The notes under the pieces: model-generated | Database searches by the model: none | Seen by the model: the letters and a program-made list of their open reading frames with translations, nothing else | What the model was told of the DNA's origin: nothing | Translations under genes and position numbers: made by a program | Source: an uncultured Spirochaetota bacterium | GTDB lineage: Bacteria; Spirochaetota; Brevinematia; Brevinematales; JAOACQ01 | Direction of reading: 5' to 3' | NCBI GenBank assembly: GCA_963783575.1 | Contig: CAWAOD010000015.1 | Coordinates: 96,001-160,000 of the forward strand | DNA length: 64,000 nt | Shown here: positions 52,158 to 62,482 of the stretch, piece by piece | Numbering within the stretch: the stretch's first letter is position 1 | How the letters are laid out: each line of letters opens with the position of its first letter

Positions 52158-52186
52158 ATTATAATCAGAGAAGGGTAAAAACGCAA
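52158..52186 (-). promoter_or_regulatory. Sigma70-type promoter for the radical SAM gene
   Basis: Minus strand TTGCGT, 17 bp, TATAAT with extended TG. Confidence 0.55.
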
Positions 52187-52196
52187 TAAAAAGTCG

Positions 52197-52219
52197 AAAA
52201 AAAAAGCCGGGCGTGGCTT
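52197..52219 (-). terminator. Possible intrinsic terminator after the HEAT-repeat gene
   Basis: Minus strand AAGCC-ACGCCC-GGCTT followed by a T-run; the stem is short. Confidence 0.45.
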
Positions 52220-52275
52220 ATTGATTGAAACCATGGAAAAGCTAAGGATAGGCGGATGATCCTTACCAATGAATT

Positions 52276-53043
52276 TTATATCTTCAAATTCCATTCTTTA
52301 TTAATTAATTGTTTGGCTTTTTCTACTGTATACTCGCTAAATCTTTCATAGCTTTTATGAACCTTTATGATTTCAAACAAAGCCGATTTGACCAATTCCG
52401 TATTTTGCCAGCCATTCAAATGCAGAATTACTTCTTCCAGGCATCCTTTTTTGTAACTGATCTGCCCGATGACATGGATAACCATCTTCCTGATTTGCTT
52501 ATCCGGATCGTTCTGTAGCTCATATAAAATAGGCATGGCTTCTTCGGGATGAGTTCTTCCCCTTAGTTCGATGCCGTGGATCATTTCACGGCGGATCAAA
52601 GGATCATTATTGTGAATATGAGACTTAACAAATTCAAAAACCGGCCCCGTGTTTTTTTGTCCCATCTGTTTGAGCGCTCCAACTATGGAATTCCTGACGG
52701 AGTGATGCGGATCCTGAAGAGCTGACAACAAAAGTTTCTCAATCCTTTCAAAATCCATTTTTCCGATTTCCCCCAGCGCAAAAACGGCGGTTTGCCTGAT
52801 TTTTTCGTTTTGATCGTTTAAAAGGATTTCAAGGGATTCAATAATTTTATTACTTAATGCCCTATTCTGTCTGTATATTTTTCCAACAGCCAGATATGCG
52901 CATTTCCGGATATATGTATCCGGATCGGAAGCATACTTAATGATATTACCGTTTGATCCGGCCATAAAATCCGTTTGAATTTCAGAATATATATTATCAT
53001 TGATTATCAATCTTTCGGATTTCGGAAGATCGTAGAAATTCAT
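52276..53043 (-). CDS. HEAT-repeat protein
   Basis: Repeated 'D....IR..A..ALG.IG' helical units. Confidence 0.8.
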   Translation of the reverse strand: MNFYDLPKSERLIINDNIYSEIQTDFMAGSNGNIIKYASDPDTYIRKCAYLAVGKIYRQNRALSNKIIESLEILLNDQNEKIRQTAVFALGEIGKMDFERIEKLLLSALQDPHHSVRNSIVGALKQMGQKNTGPVFEFVKSHIHNNDPLIRREMIHGIELRGRTHPEEAMPILYELQNDPDKQIRKMVIHVIGQISYKKGCLEEVILHLNGWQNTELVKSALFEIIKVHKSYERFSEYTVEKAKQLINKEWNLKI

Positions 53044-53105
53044 TATATATCCCCATTAATTATAACAAATAGCAAAAATTTATAATAACAATAAATATAA
53101 AATAT

Positions 53106-54692
53106 TCATTCTCTTGTTACTGACATTTTACCGATAGTGAGCCTGAATTTGCCGGCGCTTGAGTTATTGACTGCCGAATCCATTCCAAATACCAAACGTT
53201 TTAAAGGATAATGTTTGTTAATATCTGTTTTATTTTTAATCTTCGATGCACTGATTTTGAACGAATCCAGCGGGATAGAAATCTGCTTCCAACCGCTCCA
53301 GTCATCAGTAAGCCAATACGAATAAGACTCATTCAGTGCATCAATTATCCTGATAAAATACGATATCCGGGTCTTTTTGCCGTAAACCCAGATTTTAAAT
53401 GTATTCATCTCTGTCCAGTCGGATTTATTTTTTCCGGGCCGGAAACCTATTCCGGCATTACCGTGAAGATAGAAAGGTATCATAAAATATGCAGAGAAAG
53501 ATTTTCTGCCGTCAATCATAATATTTGTTAACGATGGTATGGTTAAGCTGCTCCCAAAGCTCTTAAAAGTAGAATAATGAATAACATTAGTATTAATGAA
53601 ATTATTCAAAGCTATTTTGTACTTTGGCAGAATAAGATTTTTGAATTCTCCATCAGATAAATAAACGGAATCTGTATAACTTTTTTTATTTTTATCAATC
53701 ACTTTTATTAAGTATCTCTTTTCTGCTCGCAGGTTAGATATAATTTCATTGATCTTGATCTCATTCTCATCAAGAAAGACCTGAAAGTTTTCATCAGGAG
53801 TTATATTTTTCATTGTACATTTGATAATCCCGAGAGTGGAATGACTGATATTGGTTGTTTCGCCCGGTCTTAGAAGTGCCGTTGTATTTAAAACAATTCT
53901 ATTATTTTTCAGGTTCTTCAGTCTGATCGAATACATTGCGTTTGGCAGTATTTTCAAATTCAGAGAGAAATTGTCATTTGTTATCATTGAAATTTTTTTA
54001 TTGTTGATAAAAAGAAAATAAGAGCCGTCCCCGACTTTGAAGTTACCGAAGTTGAGAAATGCGACTTTTATTTCTTTTTTTAATGTTATGTCAATAATAT
54101 TTGAAAGCATATCATCAATTGTGTCAAAAATATCCGCATCTGTTGGAGTATCGTATTCCCTGGCTTCAACATTTCCCGATGCTTTTTTCCATATATTAAG
54201 ATGAATTTGTGCCGCCGGATCGGTTTTGCTGCCATGGAGAATGTAATCCCCAAAGATAATAATATCAGCCTGATAGTTGCTGTATATTTCATTTGCCGTT
54301 ATATTTTTCCGGTTTAAAAATCCGGAATCCATAACTGCCAGTTCAGATTTCTCAGGAATATCGAACGTTGGTACGACATATAGAAAAGCATGCAGTTCAT
54401 TCTGTAAAATCGCATTTACTGTTTTTGCATTAGGATATTCGGAAAGGTCAGCTTTATTGTCAAATGGCAGGATGAGAACTTTTAATCTATTCGAGATTTC
54501 AACCGTTTCTTCCGTTGTAAAAATCTCATTTGTCTCTATATTTAGGTCCTCTTCACCGGTATCTTCACCATTTACTTCAGTTTCGCCAGGTATGGATAAT
54601 TCTTCTTTTACGATCTGATTTTGTTCACACGCAGTAACAAAAAATAAAAGAAACAGGCTTAAACAAATTCTTGTTAAAAGTTTATAATTCAT
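53106..54692 (-). CDS. Lipoprotein with a TolB/FlgO-like N-terminal domain and a C-terminal CBM11/CIA30-like domain
   Basis: Lipobox VTAC; VLILPFDN...ADIIIFG; DWTEMNTFKIWVYG...DDWSGWKQISIPLDSF. Confidence 0.6.
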   Translation of the reverse strand: MNYKLLTRICLSLFLLFFVTACEQNQIVKEELSIPGETEVNGEDTGEEDLNIETNEIFTTEETVEISNRLKVLILPFDNKADLSEYPNAKTVNAILQNELHAFLYVVPTFDIPEKSELAVMDSGFLNRKNITANEIYSNYQADIIIFGDYILHGSKTDPAAQIHLNIWKKASGNVEAREYDTPTDADIFDTIDDMLSNIIDITLKKEIKVAFLNFGNFKVGDGSYFLFINNKKISMITNDNFSLNLKILPNAMYSIRLKNLKNNRIVLNTTALLRPGETTNISHSTLGIIKCTMKNITPDENFQVFLDENEIKINEIISNLRAEKRYLIKVIDKNKKSYTDSVYLSDGEFKNLILPKYKIALNNFINTNVIHYSTFKSFGSSLTIPSLTNIMIDGRKSFSAYFMIPFYLHGNAGIGFRPGKNKSDWTEMNTFKIWVYGKKTRISYFIRIIDALNESYSYWLTDDWSGWKQISIPLDSFKISASKIKNKTDINKHYPLKRLVFGMDSAVNNSSAGKFRLTIGKMSVTRE

Positions 54693-54915
54693 CTAATTCT
54701 CCTGTAAAATATTCATTTTATTTTTCTATTAAATTATAACAAATAAATAAAGTTTTTGATAATAATAAAATATTCTTATCATAATTATATCCTATTTTCT
54801 AATTTTCAGTTAAAATATTTCCTGGAATTATTCTGTTTTGTATTCTGGCAGATAAGTTTTGATATAAAAAGTTTCTTCCCTTATCAAGCAGAGTTATATT
54901 AAGCGAGGATTAATA

Positions 54916-55983
54916 ATGGCTGAAAAAATCAAGGTGCTTATTGTAGATGATTCGGCAATTGTCAGGGATTTACTTTCGGAAAGGCTGTCGCTTCAATCAG
55001 ATATTGAGGTCATTGGTACCGCTCCGGATCCTTTTATAGCAAGGGATAAGATTTTACGGTTAAATCCTGATGTGATTACACTGGATATAGAAATGCCGAA
55101 GATGGATGGTCTTACATTTCTTAAAAAATTAATGAGTTATTATCCCTATCCGGTGATTATTGTCAGTTCGATAACTGAAGGAGATAAATTTGCCTCTATT
55201 AAGGCACTTGAACTTGGGGCTTTTGATGTTGTGAACAAGCCGGGAGGAAGCATAACTATCGGTGAAGTGGTGGATGAAATAGTTTTTAAAATAAGGCAGG
55301 CATATTTATTAAAAGATTCTTATGCAGTTAAGAGAAACGAAATAGAAGGCAGAATCGGTAAAGGCGGTATTGTTAAGCAAGAAACCAATATTCTGTCCAG
55401 TATTAAAACCACGGATAAGATAATCGCAATCGGCGCTTCGACCGGCGGTACAACCGCGCTGGAATTTATTTTTAAATCGCTCCCGTCCGATCTTCCTCCG
55501 ATTCTTGTTGTCCAGCATATGCCCCCAAATTTTACCCGCCAGTTTGCAGAAAGATTGAACGAACTATCGGCCCTGATTATTAAAGAAGCCGAAGATGAAG
55601 AAATGATAGCCGCGGGTAATGTTTATGTTGCAAAGGGAGGGCTTCATCTCACGGTCGAGAGGAAAGGGGCATTTCTTTATACAAAACTGACAGACACAGA
55701 AAAAGTTAATTTTCAGAAGCCGGCGGTGGACGTTTTATTCCATTCAATTGCCCTTAAAACCGGGAAAAACGCGCTTGGCATATTATTAACCGGGATGGGG
55801 AAAGATGGTGCGGAAGGCCTCCTTCATATGAAGGAACTTGGGGCTGAAACAGTTGCCCAGGATGAAAAGAGTTCTATTGTCTGGGGCATGCCGAGAATGG
55901 CAGTTGACATGAACGCTGCGAACCATGTTCTAACGCTTGATGCAATACCCGGTAAAATAATCCGTTATTCTCAATCGGACTGA
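54916..55983 (+). CDS. cheB: Chemotaxis methylesterase (REC plus CheB domain)
   Basis: VDDS, LDIEMPKMDG, GASTGG, VQHMP, LTGMGKDGA. Confidence 0.95.
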   Translation: MAEKIKVLIVDDSAIVRDLLSERLSLQSDIEVIGTAPDPFIARDKILRLNPDVITLDIEMPKMDGLTFLKKLMSYYPYPVIIVSSITEGDKFASIKALELGAFDVVNKPGGSITIGEVVDEIVFKIRQAYLLKDSYAVKRNEIEGRIGKGGIVKQETNILSSIKTTDKIIAIGASTGGTTALEFIFKSLPSDLPPILVVQHMPPNFTRQFAERLNELSALIIKEAEDEEMIAAGNVYVAKGGLHLTVERKGAFLYTKLTDTEKVNFQKPAVDVLFHSIALKTGKNALGILLTGMGKDGAEGLLHMKELGAETVAQDEKSSIVWGMPRMAVDMNAANHVLTLDAIPGKIIRYSQSD

Positions 55984-56480
55984 CTTACCGAGAATTCATA
56001 ATTATATAAATCGTCCAGGTTTTTCTGCTGGAATTCCCTTACAATGAGCTGGTTTGTCAATGTGTTAAAAACAACACGCTTACCACGCTCTCCACCGGTA
56101 TCGGCTGATTTAATATGTATTTTATTACGATTAATTATATTCGTTGCGACTTCTATATTCCTGTCGCCTATGAAAAAAATCTCCTTCTCGCCGAATATTA
56201 TGAACGCTCCGCCCACAATAGATGCTTCAAGAAACTTTTTTTCCGATCCGGCTTTTAAAAATTTGTTTATAAGAAGCTTTATTGCGATATTTCCATATTT
56301 TGTCGTTAATCCGTTTTCCATGGATTCCGGGAGTAAAAAATGACACATTCCACCGTACCCGTTTAACTTATCGTAAATACAGACAGCAACACAGGATCCG
56401 AGTACGGTTTTTATAATTACCGGTTTTTTTGAAAAAATCAACTCTCCGGGATTCAGGTAATATTCCTTTAAAATCATCAA
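55971..56480 (-). CDS. cheD: Chemoreceptor glutamine deamidase
   Basis: TVLGSCVAVC, GGMCHFLLP, IGDRN, DTGG. Confidence 0.93.
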   Translation of the reverse strand: MMILKEYYLNPGELIFSKKPVIIKTVLGSCVAVCIYDKLNGYGGMCHFLLPESMENGLTTKYGNIAIKLLINKFLKAGSEKKFLEASIVGGAFIIFGEKEIFFIGDRNIEVATNIINRNKIHIKSADTGGERGKRVVFNTLTNQLIVREFQQKNLDDLYNYEFSVSQSD

Positions 56481-57313
56481 ACTACGCCATCCTTTTTTTT
56501 AAAAATTGAGTTCTTCATCGATTCGAATTTATGCGGAATACCGACCATACTTTCGGATAGTCCCAGGACCAGGAAACCCCCTAGTTTTATATGGTCATAT
56601 ATTTTATTTAGAATAATCTCCTTCTCCCTATTGTCAAAATATATCAATACATTCCTCAGAAAAACCATATCAAAATCTTTTTTAAATGGATACCGCTCCA
56701 TTATATTAAGATAACGAAAAGCGATAAGCTCTTTTATTTGTTTTTTTACTTTACAATTATCATTATTTCTATCGATGTTAAAAAAAACCTTCAGATCTTT
56801 TTCATCGATTATATCTTTGATTTTTGACAATTTGTAAATGCCCTCTTCAGCGAATTTCAGGACCTTTGTCGATATATCTGTGGCAAGAATTTTTATGTCG
56901 GTATTCTGATAATCCGGTATTGACCTCGCGCAAACCATAGCCATGCTGTAAGGCTCCTCCCCGGTTGAACATCCGGCGCTCCATAGCCGTATATAAGATT
57001 CCTTGAGGTAATGATTTATCAGATAATTCTTTAAAAGATTAAAATGTAACTCTTCCCTGAAAAAATAACTGTAATTTGTTGTCAGCATATTTATAAAATC
57101 AGAAACCATTCTGCCGGAATAATCATGAACCAAAGCCTGGTAATATTCCTCGAAGTTTTTGAATTCCTTATCATCTCCAACAAACCTGGAAAGCCGGTTA
57201 ATAAAGAGATATTTTTTATGTTCCCTGAGAGTTATGCCGCTCTCTTTAAACAACAGGAGAGTCATTTTTTTGAACAGGTTGTCAGGCAGGTTGATATAGC
57301 TCATTTCATCCAT
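56477..57313 (-). CDS. cheR: Chemotaxis methyltransferase
   Basis: TTNYSYFFRE, WSAGCSTGEEPYS, ATDIS, RNVLIYF. Confidence 0.95.
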   Translation of the reverse strand: MDEMSYINLPDNLFKKMTLLLFKESGITLREHKKYLFINRLSRFVGDDKEFKNFEEYYQALVHDYSGRMVSDFINMLTTNYSYFFREELHFNLLKNYLINHYLKESYIRLWSAGCSTGEEPYSMAMVCARSIPDYQNTDIKILATDISTKVLKFAEEGIYKLSKIKDIIDEKDLKVFFNIDRNNDNCKVKKQIKELIAFRYLNIMERYPFKKDFDMVFLRNVLIYFDNREKEIILNKIYDHIKLGGFLVLGLSESMVGIPHKFESMKNSIFKKKDGVV

Positions 57314-57322
57314 GCTAAAATC

Positions 57323-58945
57323 CTAAAAAATAATAATTGAGTCTTCATCATCTTTGATGTCCTGTGAAGCTTTGTTTTCTATTTTTATATCTTTCTTCAT
57401 TTTGATACCGAATTCAACTTCATATTTTTCAAGAACCTTTCTTTCATCGGCAGTTGTTATGATCCCGCTCAATATTGTTAAAATATTCCTTTTAATCTGG
57501 CTTTTCTCATCCTCCCGCATTGTTTCAATTTTATTGACATCAACTCCTTTCATTTCAATGACCTTATAAAAAACTTTTTCAATGAATAGCTTTAAATGGT
57601 CTATTTCCTGGCTGGTAATATCATAATACTGAAGTTTCCAAATAACTTCTTTTATACCTGAATCTATATATTCTGCGAATTTCTTGATATCCAGGATTAT
57701 TTCCTCTATCCTGTCGAAAGAGATCTTAATAATTCCCTCAAACGAAGAAATGGATGTTTTAATATTTTCGATATAACCGTAAACTTTGTCCATACTTTGA
57801 ACATAATCGCTCTTGAGTTTGTCGGTCGTGTTGAGGGCATCTTTTACCCGGATATTAACTTCATTGGCAAATTTCATTGTTTTGGCCGTGAATTCCCTTA
57901 AGTCTTTTGCCAATACCTGGAATCCTTTGCCGAATTCTCCAACATTTACGGCCTCAATGCTTACATTCAACGACAATACCCTTATGGTTTCAGCTATATC
58001 CTCGATTGAATACGAGATACTCTGTATATTTTTCAGTTTTTCGGTGCTTTTATTCGTATAGTTTTCCGATGAATTCTTTAAGTCTTCCATATTTTTATAA
58101 AAATTCTCAAAATCCTGGGCAAGATTTTTCGCTTTTTTCAATATAAACGCAAGGCTGTTTTCAATTTCAATATTCATTAGGCTTGTCATACTTGCTTCGA
58201 TTTCATCGGCGATTTTATGGCTTGATACGCTTATATCCTCAAACTTATTTATCAGTTCAAGTATAACATCTTTCGAAAATTCGTTAAACATGCCTGTGAG
58301 ATCATAAAGTATAGGTATGGATAACCCGGTATAAAATATGATTGTCGTAATATTATTTTCATTAATATCATCGGATTCTTTTTTAACCGAATACATTTTC
58401 AATACATTATCCAGATATTGAAGAACTTCATTTCTTAATTCTTCTGATACGGTAGTTAGCTCATCTATTTTTTTTTCAAAAGACACTGAAATTTGTTTTA
58501 AAGGCCTTTTAAAGTAATTCTCAAAGTTATTTAGTTCTTCCATTATTGAATCGATAAGTCTCAGCTTTTCATTTATTGAATTATTAATTTGAACTGGCTT
58601 ATCATTATTATTTTTGTTCTGCATATTACCTGCATTATAAAAAGATTGAACGACATCCATCAAATTTCTATATATGATTTGACTGGATGTTATATTTTTC
58701 AAATAGCTATTCCGAAGATTATTTCTTATTTTTACCGTTAATAAAATAAACAATACCAATATGGGAATATAAAAACAAATAATGGAAATAATAAAATAAT
58801 ATAATGGGATCTTTATTAAAAATGCTGCCAGGCAGCCGACGCAAAAAAGTATGATTATCAATGCATTGGAAATTTTTATTAACGGAAGACGCGTTTCAAT
58901 GCCAGTATTTTTATCAAAGATATTGCCAGACATCTTGTCCCCCAT
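57323..58945 (-). CDS. Atypical methyl-accepting chemotaxis protein
   Basis: Two adjacent N-terminal TM segments; divergent hairpin IAETIRVLSLNVSIEA...GKGFQVLA; LQYYDITSQ; ends DSIIIF. Confidence 0.75.
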   Translation of the reverse strand: MGDKMSGNIFDKNTGIETRLPLIKISNALIIILFCVGCLAAFLIKIPLYYFIISIICFYIPILVLFILLTVKIRNNLRNSYLKNITSSQIIYRNLMDVVQSFYNAGNMQNKNNNDKPVQINNSINEKLRLIDSIMEELNNFENYFKRPLKQISVSFEKKIDELTTVSEELRNEVLQYLDNVLKMYSVKKESDDINENNITTIIFYTGLSIPILYDLTGMFNEFSKDVILELINKFEDISVSSHKIADEIEASMTSLMNIEIENSLAFILKKAKNLAQDFENFYKNMEDLKNSSENYTNKSTEKLKNIQSISYSIEDIAETIRVLSLNVSIEAVNVGEFGKGFQVLAKDLREFTAKTMKFANEVNIRVKDALNTTDKLKSDYVQSMDKVYGYIENIKTSISSFEGIIKISFDRIEEIILDIKKFAEYIDSGIKEVIWKLQYYDITSQEIDHLKLFIEKVFYKVIEMKGVDVNKIETMREDEKSQIKRNILTILSGIITTADERKVLEKYEVEFGIKMKKDIKIENKASQDIKDDEDSIIIF

Positions 58946-59067
58946 ATTTGCCCCGTAAAATATTTATTAAAATAAAAAAAGGCTTGTAATAAAATATAAT
59001 TCAATATATAGTATATATCAATTTATTAACAATAAATTTAATAATTTCTTATGAAGGATTAACACTA

Positions 59068-59198
59068 GGGCAGCTTCAAAAACTCCACATAAGTCACCCT
59101 GAGCTTGACAAATGGGTGACAAGTTTTGATGTAATTATAGTCATACTTCGTCAAGCTAGTATGACGCTTATTGCATAAATTAGTTTTTAGAACTGCAC
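59068..59198. repeat. Nested-palindrome REP/MITE-like element in the divergent che intergenic region
   Basis: Imperfect terminal inverted repeats GGGCAGCTTCAAAAACT / AGTTTTTAGAACTGCAC. Internal hairpins GTCACCC...GGGTGAC (59093-59120) and GTCATACT...AGTATGAC (59140-59165). Confidence 0.6.
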
Positions 59199-59331
59199 AT
59201 TATTAATTATTTGTTGTGCTGATATAAAGAAAATTTTCAAGTTAAAATTATTTTATCAAAATTATATTAAATTATAGTCATTATAATAGTTTATTGCAAT
59301 AAAAAAAATGTTTTGCTTAGAGGATAATATT

Positions 59332-61506
59332 ATGGAATTTCAGGATATTATCGAAATTTTAAACGGTGTAATTGCAAAAGTTAATAACTATGAAAGCGGC
59401 AATCTAATCGGCGTTATGGAAATTAGAAAATCTTATGAGGAATTACAAAAAAAACTTTCGGAATTTGAATCTTTAAAAAATGTAGGGAAATTTGCAGGGC
59501 TCCTTGCCGGGTTGAGTGAAAAGTTAATGGATGAAGAAACCGAGGGAGCTGTTCTTGAAATATTTAAAAGTTCCAATGAAAACCTTGTTGATCTATTCAG
59601 CAGGAAAAAGAGCGGACAGTCAGCCGCAGTTGAAATTAACAGGCTGATAAATAAGGTGCATGAAATAATTAATATAGATATTGAAAAAGAAAAAGCCGAT
59701 GGTGAAATCTATCCGGATACTTATTTTTCAAACATAATCAATGATACAAAAATGCTAAGCCAGTTCTGCGATGAAGCTGAGGAACATATTGATACGGCAC
59801 AATATACCCTTATTGAACTTGAATATGATGATAAAAACCAGGATAACATCAACAAAGTATTCAGGAGTTTCCACACTATAAAAGGTTCGTCCGCATTCCT
59901 GGGATTGAAAAATATCGAGGATGTAGGGCATGAGATGGAAAATCTGCTTGTGCTGGTTCGTGACGGTAAACTTCAGATTACAAGAGAATTGATAGATGTA
60001 ATATTTTACGGAATTGAACTTTTAAGGAGCCTGATTTCCGTGATCAGGACAAACGCATACGAGGCGACAAAAATAACTGTAAGTTTTAGAACTATAAATA
60101 TCTATAATTATATTAATCTGATCAAAAAAATCCTTGCCCAATATCCGGTCAAAAAAATAGGCGAAATACTTCAGGAAGACGGGAAAATAAAAGAGATTGA
60201 TATTGACAGAATCCTTGAGAAGCAAACCTCTATAGAAAAAAAGTTCGGAGAGATCGCGCTTGAGGAAATGATGATTACCAGAGACGATCTTTCTGAAGCG
60301 ATCAAAAAACAGCAAACACCTGTCAGGAAAAAATCGTCATATGTTAAAGTTTCAAATGACAGGCTTAACAGCCTGATCGATATTGTCGGGGAGCTTGTGA
60401 TAAACCAGTCAATGCTGAGGCAGGTCATCAAAAATAATGAAGAAGCCGTTGATAACTCCGAGAGGATTATCATCCAGCTTGAAACCATTACAACCGGAAT
60501 TAAAAATCTGGTACTGTCTATGGGAATGGTTCCGATTGCTGAAATTTTTAATAAAATCAGGGTTGTTATAAGGAATACGGCACAGGAATTGAAAAAAACG
60601 ATAGTGTTTGAAACAAGGGGGGATGATACCGAACTTGACAGAAACGTGATTGAGTCAATTTACGATCCTCTTGTGCATATGGTTAGAAACGCGATTGACC
60701 ATGGGATTGAATCGCCGGAGGAAAGGGAATCGTTGAAGAAAGACAGGGTTGGGAAGATCATTGTTTCCGCCGAGCATAAAGGAAACGGCATAGAAATCTC
60801 CGTTTTCGACGATGGTAAGGGGATAGATAAAGAAAATATACTAACCAAAGCAAAAAGTATGGGCCTGGTTGATGACGAGAAGGCAGTATTATTAACTGAT
60901 AAGGAAATATACGGATTCATGTTTATACCCGGCTTTACAACGGCTCAAAAAGTCACTGAGCTGTCCGGGAGGGGCGTTGGTTTGGATGTGGTAAAGAAAA
61001 ACATTGAGGAGATTCATGGAAGAATTGAAATATTAACACAAAAGGGTGAATTTACAAGGTTTGTCATAAAACTTCCCCTGACTCTTGCCATAATAGAGGG
61101 ATTTGTTACAGTCATAGGCAGGAATAAATATGTTTTTCCTTTTAATCTGATTGATGAAATAGTGGTACCGGACAACGGAAATATCATGATCATGGAAGAT
61201 ATGAGCAGAATGCTTTACAGCCGGGATTTATATATCCCGATTATAGAAGCGGGAAATGTTTTTAAGGAAGAGGTAATAAATACTGATCTGGATAAAGCCC
61301 TGCTGATTGTCATCAATTTTGAAAATAAAAAATACTGTCTTGCAGTGAATAAAGTGCTTGGGAAGCAGGAAATTGTAATAAAAAGTCTGGGTGAAGCCCT
61401 GACAAGCCTTAGTATATTTTCAGGCGGAACTATATTCGGCGACGGTACGATAGGCTTTGTTGTTGACATAGAAGGTTTTCTTGAGGCGGTGAGGAGAATG
61501 CAGTAA
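59332..61506 (+). CDS. cheA: Chemotaxis histidine kinase with an extra N-terminal helical domain and a tandem MshEN-like motif
   Basis: HPt FRSFHTIKG; LIDIVGELVI; HMVRNAIDHGIE, DDGKG, SGRGVGLDVV; C-terminal CheW-like domain. Confidence 0.95.
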   Translation: MEFQDIIEILNGVIAKVNNYESGNLIGVMEIRKSYEELQKKLSEFESLKNVGKFAGLLAGLSEKLMDEETEGAVLEIFKSSNENLVDLFSRKKSGQSAAVEINRLINKVHEIINIDIEKEKADGEIYPDTYFSNIINDTKMLSQFCDEAEEHIDTAQYTLIELEYDDKNQDNINKVFRSFHTIKGSSAFLGLKNIEDVGHEMENLLVLVRDGKLQITRELIDVIFYGIELLRSLISVIRTNAYEATKITVSFRTINIYNYINLIKKILAQYPVKKIGEILQEDGKIKEIDIDRILEKQTSIEKKFGEIALEEMMITRDDLSEAIKKQQTPVRKKSSYVKVSNDRLNSLIDIVGELVINQSMLRQVIKNNEEAVDNSERIIIQLETITTGIKNLVLSMGMVPIAEIFNKIRVVIRNTAQELKKTIVFETRGDDTELDRNVIESIYDPLVHMVRNAIDHGIESPEERESLKKDRVGKIIVSAEHKGNGIEISVFDDGKGIDKENILTKAKSMGLVDDEKAVLLTDKEIYGFMFIPGFTTAQKVTELSGRGVGLDVVKKNIEEIHGRIEILTQKGEFTRFVIKLPLTLAIIEGFVTVIGRNKYVFPFNLIDEIVVPDNGNIMIMEDMSRMLYSRDLYIPIIEAGNVFKEEVINTDLDKALLIVINFENKKYCLAVNKVLGKQEIVIKSLGEALTSLSIFSGGTIFGDGTIGFVVDIEGFLEAVRRMQ

Positions 61507-61551
61507 ATTTTAGCTGAATAATTTAATTTATTAATAATTCAGGGGGTAAAC

Positions 61552-61920
61552 TTGTCAATAATTATTGTTGATGATTCCGATGTTGTAAGAAGCGTAATTA
61601 AAAAAGTTCTTTTTATTTACGGTTATCATGAAATCATCGAAGCGGAAGACGGAGTTTCAGCACTTGAAAAAATCAAACAATCCTTTAAAAAAATCGATCT
61701 GTATATTTTTGATGTAAATATGCCCAGGATGGACGGTATAACCCTTGTGGGAGAAGTCAGAAAACTTGATATTTCAAAGCCGATCATTATGCTGACTACC
61801 GAAACCGATAAGGAAAAAATGCTTCGGGCAAAGAAATTGGGCGCTACGGGCTGGGTTGTTAAACCTTTTGATTCGCATAAGTTCATGCAGGTTGTCGATA
61901 TGTTTTTAAAGAAAAAATAA
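61552..61920 (+). CDS. cheY: Chemotaxis response regulator
   Basis: VDDS, DVNMPRMDG, MLTTE, GATGWVVKPF. Confidence 0.9.
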   Translation: MSIIIVDDSDVVRSVIKKVLFIYGYHEIIEAEDGVSALEKIKQSFKKIDLYIFDVNMPRMDGITLVGEVRKLDISKPIIMLTTETDKEKMLRAKKLGATGWVVKPFDSHKFMQVVDMFLKKK

Positions 61921-61939
61921 TCCAACGGAGGATATTCAT

Positions 61940-62455
61940 ATGGCTGACATATCCAATAAATATCTGATATTTTCCATCAATAAAGAGGATTATGGAGTGC
62001 CGATATCCAAAGTTCGCGAAGTGATCCGTTTTGTTGAAATTACTCCGATTCATGAGGTTTCAAGATTTTTAAAGGGAGTAATAAATCTTAGGGGAAAGAT
62101 TATACCAATTATAGATATGAGGGCAAAATTCGGGATACAGGAGATGGAATACAGTGACAGAACCCTTTTTGTCATTGTTGACATTATGGGCGCAAAAGAC
62201 ATTATAAATATCGGAATGGCCGTAGATGCTGTATATGATGTTGCAGACATAAAAGATGAAGCAATGGAAAAGACACCGGATATCGGACTGAAATTAAAAA
62301 GCCAATATCTATATGGAATTGCGAATATACTTGGGAAAATGCTTATGATTCTTAATATCGATAAGATCCTGGCGTCAGACGAAATTATAGATCTCTCTTC
62401 AATTGAAGACAGGTCCTACAATGATGTTAAAACTCCTGCGGAAGCAAGGCAATAG
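61940..62455 (+). CDS. cheW: Chemotaxis coupling protein
   Basis: YGVPISKVREVI, GVINLRGKIIPIID, GMAVDAV. Confidence 0.95.
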   Translation: MADISNKYLIFSINKEDYGVPISKVREVIRFVEITPIHEVSRFLKGVINLRGKIIPIIDMRAKFGIQEMEYSDRTLFVIVDIMGAKDIINIGMAVDAVYDVADIKDEAMEKTPDIGLKLKSQYLYGIANILGKMLMILNIDKILASDEIIDLSSIEDRSYNDVKTPAEARQ

Positions 62456-62482
62456 TTATAAAAAAGAAACATGGAGGATACT

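Noticed and set aside
52085..52294. 69-aa ORF as a real gene
   Set aside because: It runs through a predicted terminator and promoter; only the 13-aa resolvase-like motif is notable and is reported as a finding.
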